Assembly (NCBI GenBank): GCA_013265495.1
Contig: MU058824.1
Span: 62,001-126,000, forward strand
Source of the DNA: Vicugna vicugna
Taxonomy: Eukaryota
Direction of reading: 5' to 3'
DNA: 64,000 bases
The notes under the pieces: model-generated
The model's input: the letters and a program-made list of their open reading frames with translations, nothing else
The model's database searches: none
What the model was told of the DNA's origin: nothing
Made by a program: the position numbers and the translations under genes
In this document: positions 40,081 to 53,428 of the stretch, piece after piece
Position numbering within the stretch: the first letter of the stretch is position 1
How the letters are laid out: every line of letters starts with the position of its first letter

Positions 40081-40758
40081 AAGAGACATATGATGTTTAA
40101 CTCACACCATGAAACTACGTAATATTCCAAATGTCCTTACCAACTCTTTTTCCACTTATCCTGCTCCCATTTTCCACCATTATCTTCATCTATGCTGCCA
40201 CTTCTATCTCAGGCCTCAAGGCATCCCAGACATATATGCACTTTGCATGATGAACAGTCTGATTTCATTCAGACTCAGCTCAAATATCATCTTCTTAAAA
40301 AGCCTTCCCAGTGCAAACTGGAATAACACATACCCTGAAGAGAAAGGATTAGCCCTTTCTCCAAGAGACAATGGTCTCAAGATTTATCTTCTCCCACCAC
40401 TGTTTCCCTGGAAATACACCAGATTAAGATAAATGTGGACTCTCAATTGTGTTATCCGACAAAATTTACTAAAACAATGACCCCCGACTGGTGAATTGTA
40501 TTAGGACTGGGACGACTGTACATAAACCATAAAACACCTGTTGGGAAGCACGAGCTTCAGCTTCCCAGCACACAGGGAGGGGTGGGGAAGGTACAGTTAG
40601 GTGTAAATGGGAATCAAGATAAAACTTAAGGACTCCAAAGGATTCTAAGTTGGCATGATTTCAATTAACAAAATCCTCAAGCTTGACCCACTGTTCTGAA
40701 TTTGACATTCCAGGTAGTACCATTCAACCATGCACCAGTTCCTCAGAAAAGATACTCT

Positions 40759-40882
40759 TTTTTTTTTTTTTTTGGCACGGAGTAATTAGGTTTCTTTCTT
40801 TTTGAGGAGGTACTGGGGATTGAACCCAGGACCTTGCGCATGGTAAGCCTTCGCTCTACCACTTGAGCTATACCCTCCCCCC
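40759..40882 (-). mobile_element. tRNA-derived camelid-type SINE
   Basis: Reverse complement of the same family, B box GGTTCAATCCC, poly(T), TSD AGAAAAGATA(C/T)TCT (40745-58, 40883-96). Confidence 0.9.
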
Positions 40883-41849
40883 AGAAAAGATATTCTTTCT
40901 CTAAGCTACCTTTTCAACATTAGCCTCTAAATGACACTCCATGAAAGAAAACAAATCACATTACTTCTTCAAGATCAAAGCTAAGTGGACTGTCCACCTA
41001 CAAGAGGTCCCTATCAGCAAACAGTTTCTTTTTACCATTACACACTAACTCCCACCTAAAAATCTTCTGACAAGCTTCTTGGGCAGCCTTTGGTAGCTTA
41101 GACCACAGATACTGCCATCAGTTGTTCAATATTTCACAAATAGCTTGTTATCAGTATAAAACACCAAACTCTGGTTTACAACTTTTTTCCCTTAGCTCAG
41201 ATAAAGACACATCCTTTAACTAAGTCCAAAACAGGAGAGGGGGTTAGAAGGAATGGGGTTAGGCCTAGTAAACAGGAAAGATGCACAATCCTAGTCCATG
41301 AAAATGTATCTGGCCCTTGTTTGTGACTATGAAATGATACATTATCCAGGCTCATTGTGTATTACTAGGAAAAAAGGTTGAAAACCTCTCCTTTAGTGAC
41401 TCAGTATTTCTATTAGGGTTAGAAAACAAAAATTCATTTTTAGTTGGTATCATGGCTTCTAAATTATGACAAAAAGCAAGAAGGGGAAAAAGAATTTTAA
41501 GCTGATGGTAGTAACTTTTCCTTACATTCCTTAACTCCATGCCAAAATCTCTAACAGTACATTACATGTAGGGGCATAAACTACAGAGAATGTGAAAAGT
41601 AAATTATTATACTCTAGAAAAAAAGATGAAGAAATACATGGCAATACTTACAGTTTTACTGTAATTAAAATAAGTTGACCAATTCTTAAATAACTATAAT
41701 CATTACAAATTTGAGACACCCTTTAAGAACTATAAATATATCTATAGATCAACTTACTAATTAAATAAACAACAAAGAAACACCATTTGTATCTTGAGAT
41801 AATGAAAATAAATGGAAAAAAGCTAAATTAGTAACAGAAGAAATTCTAA

Positions 41850-42030
41850 AATATATGAAAAGAATATGAAGATGACTGTGTGTGTGTGTGTGTGTATACA
41901 TATATATGTGCATGACTGGGACATTATGTATGCTGTGTATGAGAAGTTGACATATTGTAACTGACTATACTTCAATAAGAAAATAAAATAAACATTGCAT
42001 ACCCATAAAAAATAAAAATTAAAAAATATA
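41850..42030 (+). mobile_element. Short L1 3' end with internal (TG)n
   Basis: GCATGACTGGGACATTATG...CTGACTATACTTCAATAA + A-rich tail. Confidence 0.7.
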
Positions 42031-42162
42031 AATAGTAATGAAAAAATACAGCATCAAAGATTCCTCATTTTACAATATCTGAAACACCACCAAAATGTAC
42101 AAATAAGACTAAAGACATGTGATATTAAAGACAGGTCTCTAGATAAGTAGAATGAATGTTAC

Positions 42163-42311
42163 CTGTGCAATGACCAAGATGCCTTATATCAATTTGTTCT
42201 TGTTTTATACAAGATGCCTCTCGAACAAAACAGGGATTGTTATAGGAACTCCCATCAGAAGCACACACAGGATTAAAACTGTATCCACTGCAATCTATAT
42301 TACATACACAC
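42163..42311 (-). CDS. TMEFF1: TMEFF1 exon 6, follistatin/Kazal domain 2
   Basis: tttttcgccag|GTGT...ACAG|gtaaca; CVCNIDCSGYSFNPVCASDGSSYNNPCFVREASCIKQEQIDIRHLGHCT; 149 nt, phase 2-1. Confidence 0.96.
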
Positions 42312-42394
42312 CTGGCGAAAAAAACCAAAAATTACCAATATTTTACAACAAAACTATTTCACAATGCCGCAACAGCAAAAAAGAGCAATTTTTG

Positions 42395-42587
42395 CTTGTT
42401 TTTACTCTTTAACTTTTTAACTGAAGTATAACTGATTTACAATATTATATTAGTTGCAGGTTTAGAACATAGTGATTCAATATTTTTATAGACTATACTC
42501 CACTTAAAGTTATTACAAAATGGCTATCTTCCCTATGCTGTACAATAAATCCTTATAACTTCTTTATCTTATACACAGTAGTCTGTA
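42395..42587 (-). mobile_element. Short L1 3' end, sense to TMEFF1
   Basis: Reverse-complement similarity to 22900-23060; probable TSD AGCAATT(T/C)TT. Confidence 0.7.
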
Positions 42588-43139
42588 AGCAATTCTTTCT
42601 TTTTTGTGTGCTTTCTGTAACAGAAGTCAATACGCTGCTTTAACTCACTGATAAAAACTTAAGCAAAGTGAATGTTCGGCTAACAATTTCTTTTTCAAGT
42701 GAAAATTTAGAGATAATTTCAACCAGATATTATTAACCCACTGGTTTCTCTAGAATTTTCATATCTGGAGACAACAATCAAGAGATATCAAACGTCAACA
42801 ATACGAACTAAAAGGCAACATGGTAGAGAAAGCACACAGAACTATGAGTCAAAAGTCATGAATCTAAATCCTAGCCCAACTAATAATTAGATTTGTGTCC
42901 ATATTCTCCAAGTCTGAGTTTAACGATCTGTAAAACAGAGATGATAATATACCTAACCTTACCAAATAATTAGGAAGATTAAAAACATAATACATATGAA
43001 ACATGCCACACAGAAGCCCCTCAAAAGTGTTTCCTAGAGCACATCCACCTGGATATCTGAAGTCCACTGAACACTGAGAATGCATTACAGAGAAGGTCAA
43101 GGAAGTTCAACACATGGCCACTCCTCTCAAGGAAAGTAA

Positions 43140-46100
43140 AATCTAATTGGGAACATAAAAATAAAAAACATAGACTCTCCTGTTTCCAACAACATGGTGG
43201 ACTCAGAACTTGTACTAATCCTCCCACTGAAAACAACAACAACAAAAATACTGGATAAAATATTTTAAAACATTCTCAAATGTATTTGTAAGTTGTCAAG
43301 AAAGCAAGGGATATTCAGAACAAAAGTTAAATGAAGACAGGAATAAAGAAAGGTCGATTACATTTACTGAAGCTGATTTTCACCTTAAAGGCATTTGCTA
43401 AATTAGGTAATAAATTCAATTCTCAACTTTCTGGCTTTGCAGGCCTCTGGGAAAAGAAGGCAAAGAATACTGATCTACCTAAGGTGGGGAGTCTGAAGAC
43501 CCTGAAAAAAGCATGAGAGTAAAGTAGAAATGAGTTGCCATATTCCAAGGGGACTGTTTAAAGGAGAAAAAAAAAATCTGTCCTGAGCCATGGCAATGAA
43601 GAGTGGGAAGAAAAACATCTCCCCTGAGAATTCAAAACCACAAGCCAGCCCTCACATGGGTAATTACAACTTAAAACACTATTTGGGTGTTCAGAAAAAC
43701 CTCAAGTCCTTAATTTATTTTAAGAGTCAAGGAGTAGAAGGGGCCCTAGGCAACTAACAAAAGTAAATGCAACCCTCTCTGGAGAAACCCAACTTGATCA
43801 TCCTAGACCTCAAACATTTCCCAAGATACAATTCTAAGAAAAACAAGCAATCACATACACGCTCGCTCACTCCCAGACCCACAACAGACAAGGAAATACA
43901 ACACTGTGGGCAGAGCAAACCAAGTGAAAAAGGACCAAAGAGAACTTCTAATAAATAAAGAATGTATTACTAGAAATAAAAAATTTAACAGGAAGATTTA
44001 GATAAACTAAAAGTGAATTCATGAACTGGAATACAAGTCAGAAAAAATCACCCAGACCACAGTAGAGTCAAAAAGACAGAATATACAAAAAAAAAAAAAA
44101 AAAAAAAAAAAAAGATTAAGAGATATGGAAGACAGAGTCACAAGATTTAATAAAAAAATCTGACTGGAGTTTCAGAAGGAGTTAAAAGAATGAGGTAAGG
44201 GCAACTTCTCAATCTTAAAACTAAAAAAAGATACCAATCTAAATATGCAAGAAGCCTAATAATTTCTAAAGAGGATTATTAAAAAGGAATCTGGACAGCG
44301 AAATACATCACAGTGCAATTTTTGTAACAACAACAAAAAATATTTTAAAAGCAGCCAGAAAGAAGAGAAAGATTACCTTCAAAGAAGCAAGAAGAGAGAC
44401 AGGTGTCTTCAAAAGCAATACTGAAGCTGAATTGTTTATTTATAGCCAAAGACAGTGAAATAATACCTGCAATGTGCTGAGATAAAATAGTATTCTGTAT
44501 AAAAAGAAATATCTTTCATGAGCAGGTGTGAAACAGAAGTAATTAGGAAGAACTAAAAATTTGGAGAGTTTGTCAACTGCTAGCTGTCAGTAAAGGAAAT
44601 TATAAAGGCAGTAGAAAAAGTGATCCTATAAGGAAGATCTGAGATGCAAACACAAATGAAGAACAAAAGTATAAGTATGTAAGTAACAGTAACAAACTAC
44701 TGACAACAATGCTGTGTGCTGCTAAGTTTATTTAACACAGTAAATTAAAATATTATAATGATAGCATACAAATCAGGAAGAACTGAAATTAGTGTTCTAA
44801 GAAGAACAGAGATATTAATGAACTTTAGACTGTGATAAGTTGAACACGCATGTTAAAATTCCTAAGGCTACCACCAAAAGGAGCATCCATAACACTGAAA
44901 TTAACACAGGAAAAAAAAATCCAAAAGAATGCAAGAAAGGAAGAAGAAGCAAAGGAAAGGCAAGACAAAAGTACAAAATAAGATTAACAAAAATCAAAAT
45001 ATATCAGTAATTATAATATATTTAAGTGAATTAAATTTTCTAGTTAAAAAACAGAGTTAGGCTGGATAAAATACAAAAGCCAGCTATATGCTGCTTATAA
45101 GGTCCATGTTAACCTTATGGTTAATGACATAGGTAGTTGACAGGGCCTGGGGGAGAGGGAGTGGGGAGTCACTGTTTAATAGGTACAGTTTCAGCTTCAT
45201 AAGATTAAAAGAGTTTTGGAGGTGGATGGTGGTGGTGGTAGCACAACATTATGAAACTATTTAATACCACTGAACAGTACACTTAAAAATCGTTAAAATG
45301 GTTAATTCTATTATGTGTATTTTATCAAAATAAAAGAATAGGGAGAGATACACTGTACCTGGAATAGAAGAAACCTAGTACGGCTACATATCTGTATATA
45401 TCAGACATAAGAGGCTTCGGGGCAAAATAGATTATGAGAAAGAAAGAAGGTTCCTTATAATAAAAACTTTTACTCACCAGCAAGATATAATAATTCTAAA
45501 TATTTTTAAATAGTCTCAAAATTTATAAAGCAAAAATTGATAAAAACCACAATGAGAAACAGCAAAGTCCACCATAGTAGATTTTAACATGCGTCTCTCT
45601 CCTGTATCAAGCAGATAAAATATCAATAAAACTGAAATATCTACAGATGAAAAAACATGAAGCTGGGATTTGCTTCAAAATATTTCCCCTAAAAAAAGGT
45701 GGAGGGAAGAAAAGACAAAACAAAGTTGAATTTTTTTTTTTACACTAACTAAAACTGAGTGATGGGTATACGGGGAGGGGCCCTCTTTTGTTCCTTCTCA
45801 TTTTCTGTATGTTTAAAGATTTCCTTAATTCCTGGTGAATTAAAGACCTAAATGTGAAAAGCAAACTACAAAACACTTAGAAGATCAAATATAAGGCTAA
45901 CAAATGTAACACTGAAATAAAGAAAATCTCACAAAGAGCATACAAAAGACAATCTACAAACCAAAAAATAACTACAGTCTATGTAACCAACAAATAATCA
46001 GTAATCCGAATACACACAAAAATTAATTTGAAAAGATGGAAGCAGATAAGAATATATGTGAAAAGCTATTCAACCTGTTCGATAATCAAGAAAACATAAA

Positions 46101-46810
46101 CTTAAACCAGAAGGAGACACCATCACATTCACTAAATAGACAAAAATTAAGAGAACAATACCAAGTGTCGGTAAAGATGAGGAGCAAAGGGAACTCTTAT
46201 CCTCTGCTGGAGTGAGAACTTACTGGTATAACCACTTTGGAAAACTGGCATTATTACCAGGAAAAGCTGGACTTGCACATGCCCATTAATTTCACTACTT
46301 ACTGAGTAAAGCCCTTGAAAATCTCTTACACATGCACACCAAAAGACATGCTAAGAATGTTCACAGAGCATTATTCATGAGATCGAAAGAATCCAAATGT
46401 CCATCAGTCGTAAAACGGCCTGTAAAAGGATGTGTCAGGCAACTGAATTCCATATGCAGCTATGTGCATTAACATGAAAGAATCTCAAAAACATAATGCT
46501 GAGCAAAAGAAGGTACATACAGTGTGATTCCACTTAAACAAAACTCAAAATCAATCAAAAGCCAAATAATACATTATTAAGACATGTATCATGTGATAAA
46601 ACTATTATAAAGAAAGGCAAAGGAATGATTTCCACAAAATGCAGTAGAGTGGGTGGATCAAAGAAAAATGCGGTTGGGAAGGGTCACGGTGGGCAGCTTG
46701 AAAGCATTGACAATACCCGATTTCTTGGCTTGGAGTCATAGTTTGTTTCATTTTTGTGCATTAAACCAAACGTGTTAACTTTTCACAAACTTTTGAATGT
46801 ATGCTCTACT
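43140..46810 (+). mobile_element. Composite ancient L1 (5' UTR/ORF1/EN remnants, nested 3' fragment at ~45130-45335, L1ME-like 3' part)
   Basis: Strong A-rich plus-strand bias with recognisable degenerate L1 motifs; no intact ORF. Confidence 0.7.
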
Positions 46811-46869
46811 TCATAATTTAAATTAAGGCACCAGGAAAACATTTAAAATTCATAAGAATATTTACTAAC

Positions 46870-47010
46870 AAGTCAAAAATGGCTTTTACATTTTTAAAGG
46901 GGTAGGAGGGGGAGGAAAAAACAAGAATGTGTGACAAGGATCATATGTGGCTCTCCAAGTGCAAAATATCTACCATCTGACCCTTTATAGAAAAACTTTG
47001 CCAACTCAAG
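46870..47010. mobile_element. MER58-like DNA transposon fragment
   Basis: AAAATATCTACCATCTGACCCTTTATAGAAAAACTTTGCCAACTC terminus. Confidence 0.6.
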
Positions 47011-49251
47011 GTTTAAGGGATAAAAGTGGGCAAAACTGGGGTGGCAGTAAAATAGAAATGGTAGCTAATAGAAGAGAGTATCATAGAACAGTTTCAGGAA
47101 TGAGACAAGCAAGGCCCAGCATCAAAGGCAAGATACCACACCAATCTCATAAGGAGAAACGAGTGACCCAGCAGAGGGCATTGCAGCTCAGCGGGAACTG
47201 CCTTCATGGAGCGTAGGGAGAGTCAGTGCTCCTTAATAGGATAGTATCACTGTGTTTAAGATCAGAAAACGTGAGAGCAACCATCGATACTGTTTTCAGT
47301 AGCACGTGAGGAAAGAAAATGAAATGACCATCTCAAGGAATGTCCAGCTCAGTCAAACAGTCAGCAAAGGAGGACTGTAACAGATCCTAAAGGCCACTGA
47401 TACTACTGATTACGATTACAGGTATTTGTAGAGGGCAGGATGCCCACACAGGAGAGTGCACGAAAGTGGAAAGAAATCGCTTCAGCAAATATGCCAAATT
47501 CAAAACATTTAACAACCATTTACTCAGCAACTACTGTGCAGGTATAGTCACATCTGCGTCTTTAATCCTGATGACAAATTATGAACAGGGATGCTGAACA
47601 TGAAAGACGTTAAAGAGCCCAAGATCACAAACCTAACAAGCGACTGGGATGGTGTTCTCTCTACTCGTCACAGCTGTCACATAAAACAGACATCTCAGCG
47701 GGGAAAGAGACGAATGGAAGGAGGTAAGTGGTTCTTCTCCACATTGATATGATGAAAATCTTTTCACTAAATTGGCCCTGCTTTTCCCTCAAAAACACCA
47801 GGGCCACTCTTGACTCAGGGCTTCCCTCTTCCCTGAACACTTTTCACTCAAACATCCACCTCCTTCAAGTTTTGTCTCAAATCCTAAAAGAATAGCCAAA
47901 AATTAAACCACTAAGCATCCATTTAAGAAATTGGAAAAAGAGCAATGAAATAAATCCAATGAAAACAAAAAAGGGAAAAATATAGATGACATGGATATGG
48001 ATATAGATATATAAATACATCTCGGCAGAAACAGAGAACATCAATAAAACTGAAGCTTGGTTCTTTGAAAAGACTTTCAAATCAGCAAAGCAGGATGAGA
48101 GAAAAAGAGAAAAAACAGTATCAGGACTGAAAAAAGCCACAAATCATGGTTTAAAAGATAATAAAAGTTTATTGTAATTTTACGTCTGCAAGTTTGAAAA
48201 CTTAGGTGAAATGAATAACTTAAAAAAAATGAACTAATAAATTTGACCAAAAAGGAACAGAACCTAAATGGTACTATAATCATTAAAGAAATTAAATCAG
48301 TTTTTTTAAATGTCCTTCGAAGATAGCATCAGATCCAGGGTTTTTTTTTAAAAAGAAAATTCACAAGCACATTCATTCCATCACTCAATAAATAGATAAT
48401 TTTATTCTTACACAAAATCATCTAAAGAATAGAAAAAATAGTCCCTAATTCATTTTATAAGGCCATATATCCACATAAAAATAAAGTAACAGATTATACC
48501 TCATTGAATAAAAGTGAGTAAAAGAAAATCTCATCCTTATAGTAGATAGATTACCAACTAATAATGTACAGGCAGAAAAAGATACTGCAATCATAAAAAC
48601 AAGATGTTGTAAAAAGGGAGCACTATGAGAATTAAAACCAGCAGTTAGAAATTAAAAAGTGCAGGAGAAATGACAAACTCAAAAAAAGACTTGGAAGATA
48701 ATGTTCAAGAAATCTCGCAGAAAGCATAGCAAACATTTTTCAAAATAGAAAACAGGAGAGAAAAGAAAATTAAAGGACTAGTCTAGAATGTTCAACATCC
48801 AAATAACAGAAGTGCCAGAAACAGAAAAGAGAGGAAAGTAAATCAGCAAAGAACTAACTAAAGAAAACTTCTCAAATCAGAAGTCAGTAAGTTTCTAGGA
48901 AAGAAGTGTAACACTGAGAAATTTCATTATGCTGGGGACCAAAAGAACATTCTACTTACTTCAAGAAAGAGAAAACAAATCATATACAAAGGACCAGGAA
49001 TCAGAATGACTTCAGACTTCACCTGGAAGCTAGAGGACAACAGAGCAATGCTTTCACAATTCTGAAGGAAAATCATCTCCCACCTAGAATTATGCACTCA
49101 CCACGTTATAAATCAAATACTAGGTGTAGGATAAAAACACGTTAAACATACGATCTCATCTTGTACCCTTTCTCAAGAAGCTCCTGAAAGATACACTAAA
49201 GATACTAAAGATACACTAAAATGAGAGTAAAACCAAGAAATTAAAGGCAAT

Positions 49252-49275
49252 ACACACACACACACACACACACAC
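49252..49275. repeat. (AC)12 microsatellite
   Basis: Direct reading; other short microsatellites at ~34896, ~41877, ~54907 and poly(A) at 44087-44113, 63896-63915. Confidence 0.9.
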
Positions 49276-49333
49276 GCAAAGAAACCGAGTACCCTATATA
49301 AGAGAGACATAAAGGAATTTCTAGGATGATGCT

Positions 49334-49722
49334 TGTGGTATAACAAAAAATCAGTTCAGTCTTTGTCCCCTATTCCTGGCAGAGCTCCTAAAACCCTTAG
49401 ATCTTTGAGTGATAAGTCTTCTTTATGCTAATGAGATGACTCATGGCTCCTTCCTTAATTCTGTGAGTCATTTTAGCAAATTATAGGACCTTATGGGAGG
49501 TCGTAGGAACCTTCAAATTAGTAGTTTGTTGAGCAGAAAGTGCAGGAGACCTCACTGGCAGCTGGTGTCTAAAGAGGGTACAATTTGAGGGACTGAACCT
49601 CTAACCTGTGGGGTCTATTCTAATTCCAAGTAGAGCATATCAGAACTGGAGAATTAAATTGGAGAATACCCAGTTGGTGTAGGAGAATTGGAGAACTGAT
49701 TGTTGTCGGGAAAGACACAACA
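49334..49722 (+). mobile_element. MER21-like LTR inserted in L1
   Basis: TG start; GTCTTTGTCCCC...GAGCTCCTAAAACCCTT and GCTAATGAGATGACTCA motifs; L1 sequence resumes afterwards. Confidence 0.65.
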
Positions 49723-52489
49723 CTGAAGGAAGACCCCAGGATGACAGCTTTATTAAGAGAGCAATGATCTCATACTGAAATAGTTTCATTCTGTGGACAG
49801 CTGTGTTGCTGGCTGCCGTTACCAAGATGCCTAGTGCCACTGCGCCCTCTTATCAGACAGAGGACAGGATGTCCAGGTAAGCTTGGTCCCGTTTCTTATC
49901 TGTACTTGACTTGATGAAGTTCCCACTCTCCCTTCCACATCAACTGCCCAAACCAAAGCACATTCACCTAACTGCCATACTTCTTAGAACTGGAGGTCAG
50001 CTACAGTGGGAGTAGAAGTAGAGAACACAGAGCAGTCCACTCTCTGACCACATTTCTGCCAGTCATCCATCCATACCTGGTGACACTAGGGTCCAGCCAG
50101 ACGTCTCAGCTGTGACCGCTATGATGTTCCCCATGACTCACTCATGGTCTTGCCTACCGGCTTCCTCAGAAGGGAATCTTATAAACTCTCCGGGAAGCCT
50201 AAAGCCAGACTCTGGCCTGAAGACTGTTTTATGTGTCTTTTTCTGCAACCCCTCAGCTAATGTTGCCAGTTAGGTCAACACTCAGTACCATTAATTTGAC
50301 AATAGTCTATTTTGTACCCTAGGTGTTAGGTACCTAGGTGAAGTATTCTCTAAATTGCATGTGTATGTTTTAAACACATCTGTATGTAAAATGTACATTT
50401 TCCAAAAAACGTTTTAAATAAAGAGTAGAGCAGAAGTTAGAGCGTGCTGCCATTAGTTTAAAAAAAGGAAAGGAAGAGAATACGTGTACATACTTGCTTG
50501 TACAAGCGAAAAATATCTCTGGGAGATTAAATAAGAAACAAATCAGTGACTGTCATGCAGACAACTGTGTAGCTGTGGAACAGGGGTGGGAAACAGACCT
50601 TTTCCTGTAAAGCCTTTTAAAGCTTCTGAATTTCTGACACTGTGAATTTCAAAGGCATGAATGCATACATACATAAATAAATGAATAAATTCAATGACTT
50701 CTCTAATTTAGCTCTATGATTTTCGCAAATCACAACTCTTGAGTCTTTGATCATAGGGCTAATACCTCAAACACTGGTGACAGAATCAAATAAGCTTTTG
50801 TAAAAAGCCCTTTGAAACCATCAAATACTATGTACATCTGAAAGGTATTATTATTGCAAAATATCTATCCGCTTGTCTCTTCCTTTCTCCTCACAGTACA
50901 CAGAAAGTGTCATTCCTTCTCCATATGGTTAAGTTTTATTTGGCAGTTAGGAAAACACTGGTTTAAACTAATTCATGTGATATTATTCAGATTTAACAAA
51001 TGCCTAACAAAGCCTGCAACAATTCACCTACAGCAAGTTCTTTACAATAATACTAGTCTTTTCTCACAAATGCTAAATCCTCACATCGACCCTGTATGCA
51101 GCTCTAAGTAAGTAAGCCCTTGTGGGAACTGCCAAGAGTTGAACAAGACCTACAGAGGGACCCGAAGATACCCAATCTTACAGCAAGTTCATCCAATATA
51201 GAAATTAATAAGACGAAGTCCCTGCACTCAGGGAACCCACAACCTGTTAGTGATCCCAACAGTTAGTGCTATGCAGAGATTGTTTCACAAGTACAAGGAG
51301 GAACACAGAGTTGGTCACCTAACTCACAGGGACAGCAGAAAGAGAAAGGGAGGTGGCTGGGAAGAGGCGCTGAAGTCATGCTTCATCCAAGTCTAGAAGG
51401 ACGAACAGGAACTAAACAAGCTGGTAAATGGTGATGGGACTCCAGGCAGAGAGAATAATAGAGGCAAATTATCAAAGGGTAACAGTCTAACCTCTCAAAA
51501 GAAACTATTACTGGCAGCTGTATAAAACTACAGGAAGGTATTTCTGGACAAAGGAGCCTGTCATTGTTAACATCTGGGTTATACTTTGTATAAAATAATG
51601 TTTAATAGTGTTTATTCCCTGTTAGCAGAGGAAAAGAGATAGCATACAATTATTTTTCCATTATAATCTAAGGGGCCATGATAAAAATTTACTAAATTTA
51701 AATCATTTTAAAAGTCTTATATTCTAAGTATCCAGAGTCAAGCAATGTTAAGTGATGAAAATTAACATCATCTCTGATTAGGAGGAAGTAAGAGGTCAAG
51801 AGTAGATAATGGTAAGAAAGTACATTGCTTCTTCTTTTAAAAAGCATATGCAGCTTCCAGAAAAGAAGACGTAATGGAGGACCCAGATGCAGTGCATTAC
51901 TCTCTCTGTTTAAACAAGGAAAAAGATTTCTTTGCATGTTCCTAGGGAGAGGCTCATCAGATTGTTAACAGTGGCCAGCAATTGTGTCCAAATGGAAAAT
52001 GGTACCACAGATGACAAAGATGTCCAGCAGGTGGATTAACTGCTTCTCAGCATTGCCTGTCATACTGCACACCTACATGGTTCTTTCTCTCAGCAACTCA
52101 GAGCTTATATCACTCAGAGGGAAAAAGGGAACAGCATCTCCAAAGAGATTGACATCAAAGAGGCAGGAGAGCAGGAACAATTTCCATAAATCACATGGCA
52201 AACAAAGTTCAAATGAATAATTGGAGGATTTTTATAACTCAATTGTATTGAAATTATGCCAGGTGATTTTACAGAGTCCTCAAACCATTCATGGCAGGGA
52301 TTTAGGTCAAGAATATAAAAGGTCTAGCTAGATGGGTAAGAGTTCTATGACTATCTGGCCCCACTATCCGGACAAAAGCTGAGGGCTATCTTTACTGATA
52401 ATCTCAGCCTTGGGCAGATTAGAAATATTGATTAGGTAAAGAGGGGGTGTGGTTGCTAATAATATATGGTTTAAGAAATACAATTTCCA

Positions 52490-52610
52490 GGGGTGGGGGG
52501 TGTATAGCTTCAGTGGTAGAGCATATGCTCTGCATGCATGAGCTCCTGGGTTCAATTCCCAGTACCTCCTCTAAAAATAAATAAACCAAATACCTCCCCC
52601 CTAAAAATAA
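52490..52610 (+). mobile_element. tRNA-derived camelid-type SINE
   Basis: GTATAGCTTCAGTGGTAGAGC...GGGTTCAATTCCCAGTACCTCC, similar to the 39953 copy. Confidence 0.85.
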
Positions 52611-53428
52611 ATATAATTCACTGTGAAGCAGGTACTGTTTCCAAGTTGTAACACTTAAGCAGAAAGTCCATCCACTATTTCACAACAGTCACAATGGAAT
52701 ACAGAAACCTCACCTATGTGCCTCTCAGAAGCAAAAATAATTTAAATTATAAATAAATCAAAATAGCCACCAAGCAGACAAGACAAAATACATGCACTAT
52801 GTGAAGTTAATGGACTTCACTTAGAAGAACTTACTTAGTCTTTTTACATTTAGAATTCATCCCTACATTAGCTACAGTTCCTACAAGCATATTGTTTCCC
52901 ATTCCAGGGAAGCAGAGAAGCAAGTTAATAAATTGTAGTCATCTATAGTCTGGCTCATTGACAAGGGACACTGACAGCACCCAGAAGCAGCAGCTAAGAG
53001 CCTAACACAGAAGAAAAAACATTTTTAAAAAACAGATGTAACAACCCAAAACACAAAGCAGAATGGAGCCTTAAGTGTACGGGTGAAATAATCACCACGG
53101 AGAACATCGGTGGCCTCTGAGAACATCACAGCATTACACTCAAGTGTGCACAACACGATGGATAAATCCCTTGTCATGAGACCTGTGTTCTGGTTCTGCT
53201 GCTTAATCACAAGCCACTCAGCCTCTTCTAAACACAGCTTCACCTGTAAAATCAGGATTATACTTCCTTGCCCTACTCACCAGACAGATAAGCATAAAGA
53301 GCTGAAAAAATAATTTATGTAACAACGTTTGAAAACTGTAACACTGTACAATGTGAGACTTTAAGAATATGTTAAAATACGTTCTGTATACTGTTTAAGA
53401 AGACAATATATTTAAATAAATTTCCATT

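Larger units (their letters stand above)
47885..49790 (+). mobile_element. Ancient L1 fragments (ORF2 then ORF1 remnants), interrupted by an LTR
   Basis: A-rich L1 motifs such as GAATCAGAATGACTTCAGACTTC and GCAATGCTTTCACAATTCTGAAGGAAAA. Confidence 0.65.

Noticed and set aside
49792..50260. Possible ancient LTR (a similar impression at ~57050-57350)
   Set aside because: No termini or TSD that I could verify; left unassigned
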